Positions 38,890 through 47,474 of a stretch of DNA of 59,517 nucleotides are shown piece by piece. Every line of letters starts with the position of its first letter. The first letter of the stretch is position 1. Where the stretch lies: positions 1-59,517 of the forward strand of contig CAZNUA010000021.1 in the NCBI GenBank assembly GCA_964576115.1, read 5' to 3'. Made by a program: the position numbers and the translations under genes. Below the pieces are notes generated by a model. The model was not told the DNA's origin and made no database searches. It worked only from the letters and a program-made list of their open reading frames with translations. Source of the DNA: an uncultured Gemmatimonadota bacterium. Lineage in GTDB: Bacteria; Blakebacterota; Blakebacteria; Blakebacterales; Blakebacteraceae.

Positions 38890-39831
38890 TCAGGCTCCCG
38901 GTGCGCGCAGGGGGCGGTTAAAGAGAGTCCGGCCGCTCATCTCTTCCAGAGACCGCAGGTCCTCGTACAGCGCTCTCCTTTCTCCGGCCGAAAGCTGACG
39001 CAGCGGCGAGCGGGGAGGACCGCAGTCGATCCCGAGCAGACCCATGATCTCCTTGCCGGCCCGCAGGACGCCGAAACGGGACAGGATTTCAACCAGGCGG
39101 ACAGAAACATGCTGAGTCTCTCTAGCGTTCTCCTCATCGCCCGCTTCGATTGCCTCGAAGAACGGCCGGTAGAGAGGAGCGGCATAATTGTAGGTACTCC
39201 CGACCGCCCCCCGCACGCCGGCCGCCAGGGCGGTGCTGAGCTGTTCATCGATCCCGAAAAGCACCTCGAAACGGCCCCCATCCAGGTCCAGGCAAGTCCG
39301 CAGCAGCACCGGATCGTCCCGGGCGAATTTCACCCCGGCCAGATTCGGGATGCGCTCGGCTGCGACTGCCAGGAATTCATCTGTCGGCAGATCGACCCCT
39401 GTTAGGGCCGGGATGTCATAATAGTAGAATGGCAGATCGACGGCCGCGGCAGCGACCGGAGCCAGGAAACCGACCAGGTCGGCGACTTCTTCGGGCCTGA
39501 AGAACGGGGGCGCCATGGCCGCGACGGCATCGGCGCCGGCGCCGACCGCGTGCCGGGCCAGTTCAGTTGCCTCGGGCCGGCTTGGATGGCCGACGTGAGC
39601 GATGACTGTCAGACCGCTGCCTTCCGCCGCGCGACACCAGGTTTCGAGCAACTGTTGGCGTTCCACGACCGAGAGGGAGAGGCTTTCACCGGTCGTGCCG
39701 GCTACGAAGACCCCGGTCAGTCCCGTCTCGCTGAAAAGAGCCGCCTGTTCGGCAACAACCGGCAGAGCGAGTTCCCCCTCTACTGTGAGCGGAGTGTGGG
39801 CGGCGGCGATGAGACCGGTGAGGTGCGACAC
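38890..39831 (-). CDS. nanA: N-acetylneuraminate lyase (DHDPS family)
   Basis: GTTGES, YYYDIP, GVKF (Schiff-base Lys), GIDE, GAVGSTYN; adjacent to AGE epimerase. Confidence 0.85.
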   Translation of the reverse strand: MSHLTGLIAAAHTPLTVEGELALPVVAEQAALFSETGLTGVFVAGTTGESLSLSVVERQQLLETWCRAAEGSGLTVIAHVGHPSRPEATELARHAVGAGADAVAAMAPPFFRPEEVADLVGFLAPVAAAAVDLPFYYYDIPALTGVDLPTDEFLAVAAERIPNLAGVKFARDDPVLLRTCLDLDGGRFEVLFGIDEQLSTALAAGVRGAVGSTYNYAAPLYRPFFEAIEAGDEENARETQHVSVRLVEILSRFGVLRAGKEIMGLLGIDCGPPRSPLRQLSAGERRALYEDLRSLEEMSGRTLFNRPLRAPGA

Positions 39832-39865
39832 GCAGGCTCCTTCCCTGCAGGGGGCCGGACGGGAA

Positions 39866-40315
39866 TCAGCCGGAAATACCCATGATCCGCAGTGCGTCCT
39901 CGTCGGTGGCGACTACGTCGAAGGCCGAACCGAGTTCGTCCGGGATCGGGATGGCTTTCCCGGTGTCGAGGTCGATACAGGCCCACATCGTCTCGGCCCG
40001 TGCCAGGATGACTCCGTCGGCCGAACGGACGAAGACGTACCGCCGGGGTGAGGTACGCTCGTTCATGGCCGCGACCCAGGTACCGATCTTCATCTCGTCG
40101 CCGGCAAAGCCGGGCTCCAGGTAGTCGATCGTATGAGAGCGAATGAACCACGAAACCCTCTCCCTCATATACCGTTCGACACCCCATCCCTGGGCGGTCG
40201 AATGCTCGATGGCGATTTCCTGCATCCACTTCACGTACTCGAGATTGTTGATATGACCGTGCACGTCGACGGCCTCATCGGGAACGATGAACGTCTTCTC
40301 ATAGACAGCCGGCAT
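39866..40315 (-). CDS. acyl-CoA thioesterase (4HBT/YbgC hotdog fold)
   Basis: VDVHGHINNLEYVKWMQE, HTIDYL; GGAGG RBS. Confidence 0.9.
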   Translation of the reverse strand: MPAVYEKTFIVPDEAVDVHGHINNLEYVKWMQEIAIEHSTAQGWGVERYMRERVSWFIRSHTIDYLEPGFAGDEMKIGTWVAAMNERTSPRRYVFVRSADGVILARAETMWACIDLDTGKAIPIPDELGSAFDVVATDEDALRIMGISG

Positions 40316-40370
40316 GCGCTTCCTCCCGTCAGGGTCTGTTCCTGGAAGCCGCCTCTGCTTCGACCAGCGC

Positions 40371-41891
40371 CTACTCCAGGCTTCCAACCGCCTCTTCGAC
40401 CGCCTCGAGGATCTCGCACGAGGCGACGACCTCGGCCATGCGGGTGTGATCGGGGTACAGCGGGCGGTCCTCAGCCAGGTAATCGACGTATTTGCGTATC
40501 ACATCGTGAGCGACCTGCACTCCCCGCCCCATTCGGTGTCCGCGGATATCCAGTGCCTGAGCGGCTGCGATCATCTCGATCCCCAGCACGCCCCAGGCGT
40601 TCTCCAGAATCTGGGCGTTCTTTAGAGCGGTGTTCATGCCCATGCTGACGAAATCCTCCTGGTCGGCCGCGGCAGGGATCGAAGCGACGGCGGCCGGAGC
40701 CGAGAGCATGCGCTGCTCGACGATCAGCGAGCAGGCCGTGTACTGACTGAGCATGTGCCCGCTGTACAGGCCCGGTTTTTCGGCCAGGAAGGCAGGCAGT
40801 CCGACCGAGAGAGCTGGATTGAGCAGGCGGTTGAGCCTTCGTTCGGAGAGCACTGAGACCATTGTGACAGCCGAGCCGACGTTGTCCATGGGCAGCGACA
40901 CCGGCGAGCCCTGGAAGTTGGCCCCCGTCAGCACCCGGTCTTCGTCGACCAGGAAGATCGGATTGTCACCCACCCCGTTGAGCTCGATCTCGACCTGACT
41001 GCGGGCCCAGCGTACCGCATCGTGGGCCGCCCCGATCACCTGTGGGGTGCTGCGCATCGAGTAGGCGTCCTGGACCTTTTTCTGTCCTTCTTCGAGGACC
41101 TCGCTCCCCTCGATGCACTTCATCAACGCCCGGGCCGAGCGCACGGCGCCCGCAAATCCGCGAACCTCGTGCAGACGCTCATCATACGGTTTCATGTTGG
41201 CGTTCAGAGCTTCCAGGGTCATGGCGGCGGCGATCTCGGCCTGCTTGAGCCAGCGATTGATGTCATAGAGGTGCAGGGCGTTCATGCCGTTGAGGAAGTT
41301 GGAGCCGTTGATCATGGCCAGACCGTCGCGGGCCTGCAGAACGACCGGTTCCAGACCGGCTCGGCGCAGGGCTTCATCGCTGGGGAGCAATTCGCCCTCA
41401 TACCACGCTCTCCCCTCGCCGATGACCGCCAGGGCGATCTGCGACATCGGAGCCAGGTCGCCGCAGGCCCCCACTGAACCCTTCTGGCAAACCTCGGGTA
41501 CGACGCCCCGGTTGAGCATCTCCACCAGCTGGCGGGTCATCTCGAGCCGCATGGCCGAGTTCCCCTTGGCATGCACGTTGACCCGGCTCAGCATGGCGGC
41601 CCGCACGTATTCACGGGGAGCGGGGGCACCGATGCCGGCGGCATGGTTGTATATCAGATAGCGCTGGAACTGTTTGGTATCCTCTTCGCTCAGGATCGTT
41701 TCGGAGAACTCGCCGATGCCGGTATTGACCCCGTACATGATCTCCCCGGCCTCGAGTTTTTTCTCGATCATCCGGCGGCAGGCGCGGATTCGCTCCTCGG
41801 CGTCGGGATGCAGTTCGATCGACTCGCCCTCGCGGGCGACAGCGACCACCTTTTCGATGGTCAATCCTGTTCCGTCGATGGTCAGTGGCAT
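40371..41891 (-). CDS. MIO-type aromatic amino acid/histidine ammonia-lyase with Ala-Cys-Gly motif
   Basis: YGVNTGIG, GSVGACGDLAP, GLAMING, VQDAYSMR..PQVIG, DNP, QEDFVSMG. Confidence 0.9.
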   Translation of the reverse strand: MPLTIDGTGLTIEKVVAVAREGESIELHPDAEERIRACRRMIEKKLEAGEIMYGVNTGIGEFSETILSEEDTKQFQRYLIYNHAAGIGAPAPREYVRAAMLSRVNVHAKGNSAMRLEMTRQLVEMLNRGVVPEVCQKGSVGACGDLAPMSQIALAVIGEGRAWYEGELLPSDEALRRAGLEPVVLQARDGLAMINGSNFLNGMNALHLYDINRWLKQAEIAAAMTLEALNANMKPYDERLHEVRGFAGAVRSARALMKCIEGSEVLEEGQKKVQDAYSMRSTPQVIGAAHDAVRWARSQVEIELNGVGDNPIFLVDEDRVLTGANFQGSPVSLPMDNVGSAVTMVSVLSERRLNRLLNPALSVGLPAFLAEKPGLYSGHMLSQYTACSLIVEQRMLSAPAAVASIPAAADQEDFVSMGMNTALKNAQILENAWGVLGIEMIAAAQALDIRGHRMGRGVQVAHDVIRKYVDYLAEDRPLYPDHTRMAEVVASCEILEAVEEAVGSLE

Positions 41892-41930
41892 GATCAGCTC
41901 CCTCAGAAGAATTCCCGGTGCTTGTCGTGA

Positions 41931-44555
41931 TCACCCGCCCGACTCGCCGCGCGCTCCCTTCAGGGTTCGCCAGGTGAGCCCCTCGATGTCTGTCCGGGGC
42001 CGGCCCAGAACGAGGCTGGCCAGATAACCGACCATGACCGCCGTGCCGATCCCGATAACCGCGTACAGATAGAAGTTAATCGCCGTGAACTGGGTCACCC
42101 ACACCAGAACGGCCAGGCTCACCAGTGCTCCGGTCAGTACCCCGGACGACGTGCTGCGCCGGGTGAAAATGCCCAGAATGAAGATGCCCACCAGTCCGCT
42201 GCTCACCAGCCCCAGCATGGTCTGGAAGAAGAAGAACAGGGAAGAGATGTCGAATCCGGCCAGTATCGATGCCGTCACCGTGGCCAGGGCCCCCATCGCC
42301 ACCACGATCCAGCGGGCCAGCCGCAAACAGGCGGCATCTGACGCCGCCGGCCGCCAACGGCGGTAGAAATCGGTCGTCACAGCGGTCGAAATGCTGTGCA
42401 TGCCCGAATCCAGGCTCGACATTGAGGCTGCGAAGACCCCCGCGATCACCAGCCCCGACACCCCCGCCGGCAGCTGTTGGGCGACAAAGAGGGGAAAAAT
42501 CTGGTCGTTCTGCATCCCCAGCGAGAGCAGTTCGGGGTTGTGCTTGAAAAAGACGTAGAGCGAGGTGCCGAGAATGTAGAAGAAGAAGAGAAAAGGCAGG
42601 GACATCAGACCGTTCATCCAGATTCCCCGGGCCGCCGAGCGCTCATCCTTCGTCGTCAGGTAGCGCTGTACGATCGCCTGATCGGTGGTGTAGGGCCCGA
42701 ACTGCAACATCAGCGAACCCAGCATGAGCGACCAGGTAGCAAGTTCGGTGGCGCTGGTCGAGAAATCGAAGGCCTTGAGTTTGCCGTCGGCTGCTGCGGT
42801 CCGGAAGACCTCCCCCACCCCGCCCACGTCGCCCACCGCGATCGCCAGACCGACGATCACGCCGCCGAGCAGGACCACCGACTGGATCACGTCGGTCCAG
42901 ATCACCGCTTCGATCCCACCCAGAACGGTATAGAGAGTCGAGAGCACCCCCATGATGAGAATGCAGAGAAAGATGTTGATTCCGGTGATGGCCGCCAGGG
43001 CCAGGGCGGGCAGGTAGAGAATGATCGCCATCCGGGCCAGCTGGTAGGCGATGAAGCACCCCGACCCGAACAGGCGCACGCCGCCGCTGAAACGCTTCTC
43101 GAGATATTCGTAGGCGGTGGTGACGTTCAGGCGCCGGTAAAAAGGCAGGTAAAAGGCGATCACGATCGGCGCCATCATCAGGATCACCGTGGCCGAGGGA
43201 GTGACCAGCCAGTCGGTGGCATAGGTCAGGCCCGGAGTGGCGATGAAGGTGATGGCGCTGAGCTGGGTGGCATAGATCGAAAGCCCGGCGGCCCACCAGG
43301 GGATGCGTCTGCCGGCCAGGAAGAAATCGTCGGTCCCCTTTTCGCGCCGGGAGAAGTAGAACCCCATCCCGACCAGCAGGCCGAGATAGAGAACGAGCAC
43401 AACGTAATTGATGAATCCGAACGGCACCCGCGGCGGGTGCAGGGTGACTGTCTGCACCCGGGGAGTGCGGACACCCGGTCGTGTTTCACCGCTGGGCAGA
43501 ACCGGCGAACCGCGCCAGCGCACGGCCGTGGTCGTGACCACGCCCTCGGCCAGCTCCCCTGCTTCGACCCAGGTATCGGTGATGGTGTGATAGGCCAGAA
43601 TAACAGGGGTGAAAGGAGGATGGTCCTGAGCCGGATCGGTCACATGTCGCCCCGTCGAACCGCTGAAGACCAGAACATGTGACTGCCCCTCGGGCAGAGC
43701 CGTGGCGGCGGCCACCGGTTTCGGCAGATCGCCAAGCCTTCTCCATGTCGGCTCCCCCTCCTGACCGAGCCGTCGGGGATCCAGGCGCCAGGCATCGTTC
43801 AGGTAACGATACTGTAAGGCCCCGTCCGCACCCCGACTCGGCACTTCCCCGCTGAAAAGATAGAGGAAGCGCGGGTCGCCCCCCCCGCTCTGCACCGCGC
43901 TCACGGCCTTGATTCGGGCCGGCCCCGGCGCGGTACCGCAATCGATCCACTCCCGCTCACCCTCCGGGGCGTCGAGGTCGAGACACCAGACCCGGCCGAT
44001 GAGATCGGCCGGATCGACCGACCGCTGGCCGGCCACGACATAGATGGTGCGGCCGTACAGGGCGGCGGTATGAAAGGCGGAGGGTTCGGGCAAGGAGGGA
44101 AGGTCGTGAAAAACGATCCGGTCGCCGGCCGGATCCCATTGCATCAGCCGGACGGCGTCGCTGCAGGCCAGCGCATCGCACCCGCCGATGAGAACGACCC
44201 CCTCGGGTAATGTAATCGAGGCCCCGTAGGCGAGCGGACGGGGAAGCCGCGGCCCGGTCCGCCAGGCGGTCTCTCCTTCGACCAGCACCCGGATGTCGTC
44301 ATACCAGACCTTCTCGCCGCCCTCCCACGGCGGCCCGAGGGGGAAGGCGGCTCCGCCGGCAACGAATAGAGCCCCGTTATGGATTCCCGCGAAAGGACCA
44401 CCCACTCCACGCGTACCTGAGAGAGGAGGTAGCGTTGAAGCGTCGACGGAAAGGGTCTCGGCGGACTGTTCCCATCGGGCGGGTGCGGTACAGGCTGTCG
44501 CCGCCAGCAGGATCACCAGGCAGCCGAGGAGAACGTGTCTTCTCCGTCCCCGCAT
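41931..44555 (-). CDS. Kelch-repeat (NanM-like) domain fused to SiaT-like sodium:solute symporter
   Basis: Lipoprotein-like leader ending AATAC; LFVAGGAAFP..GGEKVW, PRPLAYG, YHTITDTW, SGETRPGVRTP; then FFLAGRRIPWWAAGLSIYATQLSAITF, DQAIVQRYL, FAASMSS. Confidence 0.92.
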   Translation of the reverse strand: MRGRRRHVLLGCLVILLAATACTAPARWEQSAETLSVDASTLPPLSGTRGVGGPFAGIHNGALFVAGGAAFPLGPPWEGGEKVWYDDIRVLVEGETAWRTGPRLPRPLAYGASITLPEGVVLIGGCDALACSDAVRLMQWDPAGDRIVFHDLPSLPEPSAFHTAALYGRTIYVVAGQRSVDPADLIGRVWCLDLDAPEGEREWIDCGTAPGPARIKAVSAVQSGGGDPRFLYLFSGEVPSRGADGALQYRYLNDAWRLDPRRLGQEGEPTWRRLGDLPKPVAAATALPEGQSHVLVFSGSTGRHVTDPAQDHPPFTPVILAYHTITDTWVEAGELAEGVVTTTAVRWRGSPVLPSGETRPGVRTPRVQTVTLHPPRVPFGFINYVVLVLYLGLLVGMGFYFSRREKGTDDFFLAGRRIPWWAAGLSIYATQLSAITFIATPGLTYATDWLVTPSATVILMMAPIVIAFYLPFYRRLNVTTAYEYLEKRFSGGVRLFGSGCFIAYQLARMAIILYLPALALAAITGINIFLCILIMGVLSTLYTVLGGIEAVIWTDVIQSVVLLGGVIVGLAIAVGDVGGVGEVFRTAAADGKLKAFDFSTSATELATWSLMLGSLMLQFGPYTTDQAIVQRYLTTKDERSAARGIWMNGLMSLPFLFFFYILGTSLYVFFKHNPELLSLGMQNDQIFPLFVAQQLPAGVSGLVIAGVFAASMSSLDSGMHSISTAVTTDFYRRWRPAASDAACLRLARWIVVAMGALATVTASILAGFDISSLFFFFQTMLGLVSSGLVGIFILGIFTRRSTSSGVLTGALVSLAVLVWVTQFTAINFYLYAVIGIGTAVMVGYLASLVLGRPRTDIEGLTWRTLKGARGESGG

Positions 44556-44765
44556 ACCCGACTCCGATCTCCTCTGCGCCCGCGGCAAACATCGGGGATG
44601 GACCTTCCACCCGCTCCCGGCTGATGAAAGCGACGAATGACGCTGCACGCAAGCCGCCTTTGCGGCTACTCTCAGACCGTTCGACCACGTCAGAGCCCGG
44701 GACCGGTATGCCGTTCGGAACTCCCGGCGTCAGAACCGGATCACACAGACCGGGAGGATGAGACC

Positions 44766-45464
44766 ATGAACTTCCGCAGCACCGACCTCTACCTGCACGA
44801 AGAGATCACTCTGCTCGCCTTGAAGGACCGTGAGGGCACCTTTTACATGCGCAACTATGCGCCGGCCATTGCCGGTGCCATCCTGGCCGAGATGCTTCTG
44901 ACCGGACGCATCGCTCTGGACGAGGGCAAACGCAAGCTGGTCAACCTGGTCCGAGACGAGTCCTTCGGTGACGACGTGCTCGATGAAGCCCTCGGAAAAA
45001 TCCGCACGGCCAAACGCCGGGCTGACATGCGTACCTGGGTCCAGCGCTTCCAGATGCTGCCGAAACTTTCCCACCGCGTGGCCCAGGGCCTGTGCCGGCG
45101 GGGGGTACTGCGCGAGAATGAGCAGAAGATCCTGCTTCTCTTCAAGCAGAAGACCTATCCCGAGCTGGATCACGGCTTTGAACAGCGTACCATCTGGAAG
45201 CTTCAGGAGGCGATCTTCGGAGCCTCGCTCGAGATCGATCCGCGGGTGGTGGTACTCGTGGCTCTGGCCCGGGCCGCAGATCTGTTGAACCTCAATTTCG
45301 ACCGCCGCGAACTGAGGGAGAAACGAAAGAGGATCAAGACCATCATCACCGGAAACCTCATCGGCGAGGCCACCAAAGAGGCCATCGACGCCGCCCATGC
45401 AGCCGTTGCCGTGGCCGCCATGGTCCCGATCATCGCCGCCACCGCTTCCACTTCCTCCCACTGA
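44766..45464 (+). CDS. GPP34 (GOLPH3-like) family protein
   Basis: LHEEITLLALKDREG, AGAILAEMLLTGRI, LCRRGVL..KILLLF..YP; GGAGG RBS. Confidence 0.88.
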   Translation: MNFRSTDLYLHEEITLLALKDREGTFYMRNYAPAIAGAILAEMLLTGRIALDEGKRKLVNLVRDESFGDDVLDEALGKIRTAKRRADMRTWVQRFQMLPKLSHRVAQGLCRRGVLRENEQKILLLFKQKTYPELDHGFEQRTIWKLQEAIFGASLEIDPRVVVLVALARAADLLNLNFDRRELREKRKRIKTIITGNLIGEATKEAIDAAHAAVAVAAMVPIIAATASTSSH

Positions 45465-45475
45465 GGCAGACTGTC

Positions 45476-47197
45476 ATGACCCACACGCGTAGAAAGCGAG
45501 CCCCCGCAAAGGCGGTACCGACGATCCGTCATCGTCCGCTGTTGCTCCTGTTGCTCCCTCTTCTGGTCGCGGGCTTTACCCTGAAGGGCTCGACTCCGGA
45601 AGGAGAGCCCCTGCCCGATTACGATTCCTGCACCGACATCGTGGTGGGCAAGATGGCTTCAGCCGACGGTTCGGTCATCACTTCGCACACCGGTTGCTGT
45701 GCCGAATGCCGGGTGCATATCGTACCGGCTGCCGACTGGCCCGCCGGCGAACTGGCCCCGGTCCATTACGGCATGCAGGACGTACGCACGTCCCTGGATC
45801 ACTACGGTGACGTGCTCGGGTACATCCCGCAGGTCGAGCATACCTACGCGTACTTTCACACCGGCTACCCGCAGATGAACGAGCACCAGCTGGCCATCGG
45901 CGAGAGCACCCTGAGCCAGCGTGAAGAACTGCGGGTCGACCGGGGCTTCGGCGAGCAGATCATGACCATCGAACAGGCCCAGCTCTTCGCGCTGCAGCGC
46001 TGCACCAGAGCCCGCGAGGCGGTCGAGCTGATCGGCTCGCTCCTCGATGAATACGGCTTCCTGCCCTCCTGCGGCCCCGAATCCGAAGCCCTCTGCATCG
46101 CCGACACGAAAGAAGTCTGGATCTTCGAGACCTTCAGCGTGGGACCGGGGTGGGAACGCGACAGCGGTGAACCCGGCGCCATATGGGCCGCCCAGCGCGT
46201 GCCCGACGATCACATTGCGATCGTACCGAACTGGAGTGTCATCAAGCAGATCGATCCCGATGATCATGAGAACTTCATGGTCTCGGGGAACTGGATGCAG
46301 GCTGCCGTGGACCGCGGCTGGTACGACCCGGACTCGGGCGATCCCTTCATCTGGCAGGAGGTCTACAGCCCCCTGCCGCGCGAGTGGGCGGTCGGCCGTT
46401 TCTGGCTCTTCTTTTCCACCTTCGCCCCCAACTCGGGGCCCTGGCCCGACAAGCGCCTGCACGGCGCCCACACCGGCTATGACGCCTACCACCAGTACAT
46501 CGAACCGCTTAGCCTCTACCCCTTCTCGATCAAGCCCGAGCGGCCGGTTTCGGTCCAGGATGTGATCGCCTTTCAGCGTTCGGTCTTCCCCGGCACCATC
46601 TACGACATGACGGCCGATCTGGACTGGCAGGTCCCCGACGGCAGGGGAGGCATGCAGCTGAGCCCGCTCGCGACCCCCTTCCCCACCCGGGCCATGCGCG
46701 AACTGCTCGACATCACCTACCGCCGCATGGTCTCGCGCGGCGGCTACGGCATGGTGGCCCAGCTGCGCGACTGGCTCCCCGATCCGATCGGCGGGGTGTA
46801 CTGGTTCTACCTCGACAACCAGCACGTGAGCACGTACGTGCCGATCTATGCCGGGGTACGCGACACCCACCCTCTCTACCAGGTTTGGGATCCCGATGAA
46901 TTCAGCGAGGATTCGGCCCGCTGGGCGATCGACTTCGTGGATAACCTGCTCTACCTGCGCTGGCAGGACGCCATCGAGGACCTGCGGGCGGCACGTGACC
47001 CTCTCGAAGCGCGCTTCTTCGACGAACAAGAACGCATCGATGCCGAAGCCCTCGAGCTCTATGAGCAGGATCCAGGAATAGCCCGCGACTTCCTGACCCG
47101 CTACACCCGTGGCACCATGGAGGAAACGGTCGAGATGTACCGCGCTCTGCGCAACCTGCTCATCACCAAGTACACCAACAACAAGCAGGGAATGTGA
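45476..47197 (+). CDS. peptidase C69 family dipeptidase
   Basis: Signal peptide then CTDIVVGKMASADGS, IPQVEHTY, MNEHQLAIGEST, ALQRCTRAREA, WAAQRVPDD. Confidence 0.92.
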   Translation: MTHTRRKRAPAKAVPTIRHRPLLLLLLPLLVAGFTLKGSTPEGEPLPDYDSCTDIVVGKMASADGSVITSHTGCCAECRVHIVPAADWPAGELAPVHYGMQDVRTSLDHYGDVLGYIPQVEHTYAYFHTGYPQMNEHQLAIGESTLSQREELRVDRGFGEQIMTIEQAQLFALQRCTRAREAVELIGSLLDEYGFLPSCGPESEALCIADTKEVWIFETFSVGPGWERDSGEPGAIWAAQRVPDDHIAIVPNWSVIKQIDPDDHENFMVSGNWMQAAVDRGWYDPDSGDPFIWQEVYSPLPREWAVGRFWLFFSTFAPNSGPWPDKRLHGAHTGYDAYHQYIEPLSLYPFSIKPERPVSVQDVIAFQRSVFPGTIYDMTADLDWQVPDGRGGMQLSPLATPFPTRAMRELLDITYRRMVSRGGYGMVAQLRDWLPDPIGGVYWFYLDNQHVSTYVPIYAGVRDTHPLYQVWDPDEFSEDSARWAIDFVDNLLYLRWQDAIEDLRAARDPLEARFFDEQERIDAEALELYEQDPGIARDFLTRYTRGTMEETVEMYRALRNLLITKYTNNKQGM

Positions 47198-47295
47198 TGG
47201 CGGGATGTCATCCCGTCGCCGGGGTAAAGCACCGGAATGAGCCACAGGGGCAGTTAACAACAAGATAATAATCACCGGTACTCATATACACTGCT

Positions 47296-47331
47296 TTGTA
47301 GTGGAAACATATATACGATATAATTCGTATA
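47296..47331 (+). promoter_or_regulatory. sigma70 promoter with the -10 box enclosed by a perfect inverted repeat
   Basis: TTGTAG (47296-47301), 17-nt spacer, TATAAT (47319-47324); TATACGA-[TATAAT]-TCGTATA at 47312-47331. Confidence 0.75.
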
Positions 47332-47474
47332 CTAGTCGAGAATCACGACCGATGAGAAAGGCCGTCACCAATCACTCTGAAATGTACCCGTTGACACCTG
47401 GACATCCGGCCGACTGACGCCGACATAACGAAAATGAACCGTTCCCGATTGGGAACTAGTTGGGAACACCATCC

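Noticed and set aside
47453-47467. GAAC-N7-GAAC LexA-like box
   Set aside because: Only 8 informative bases, the target is not an SOS gene, and I saw no equivalent box before addAB.
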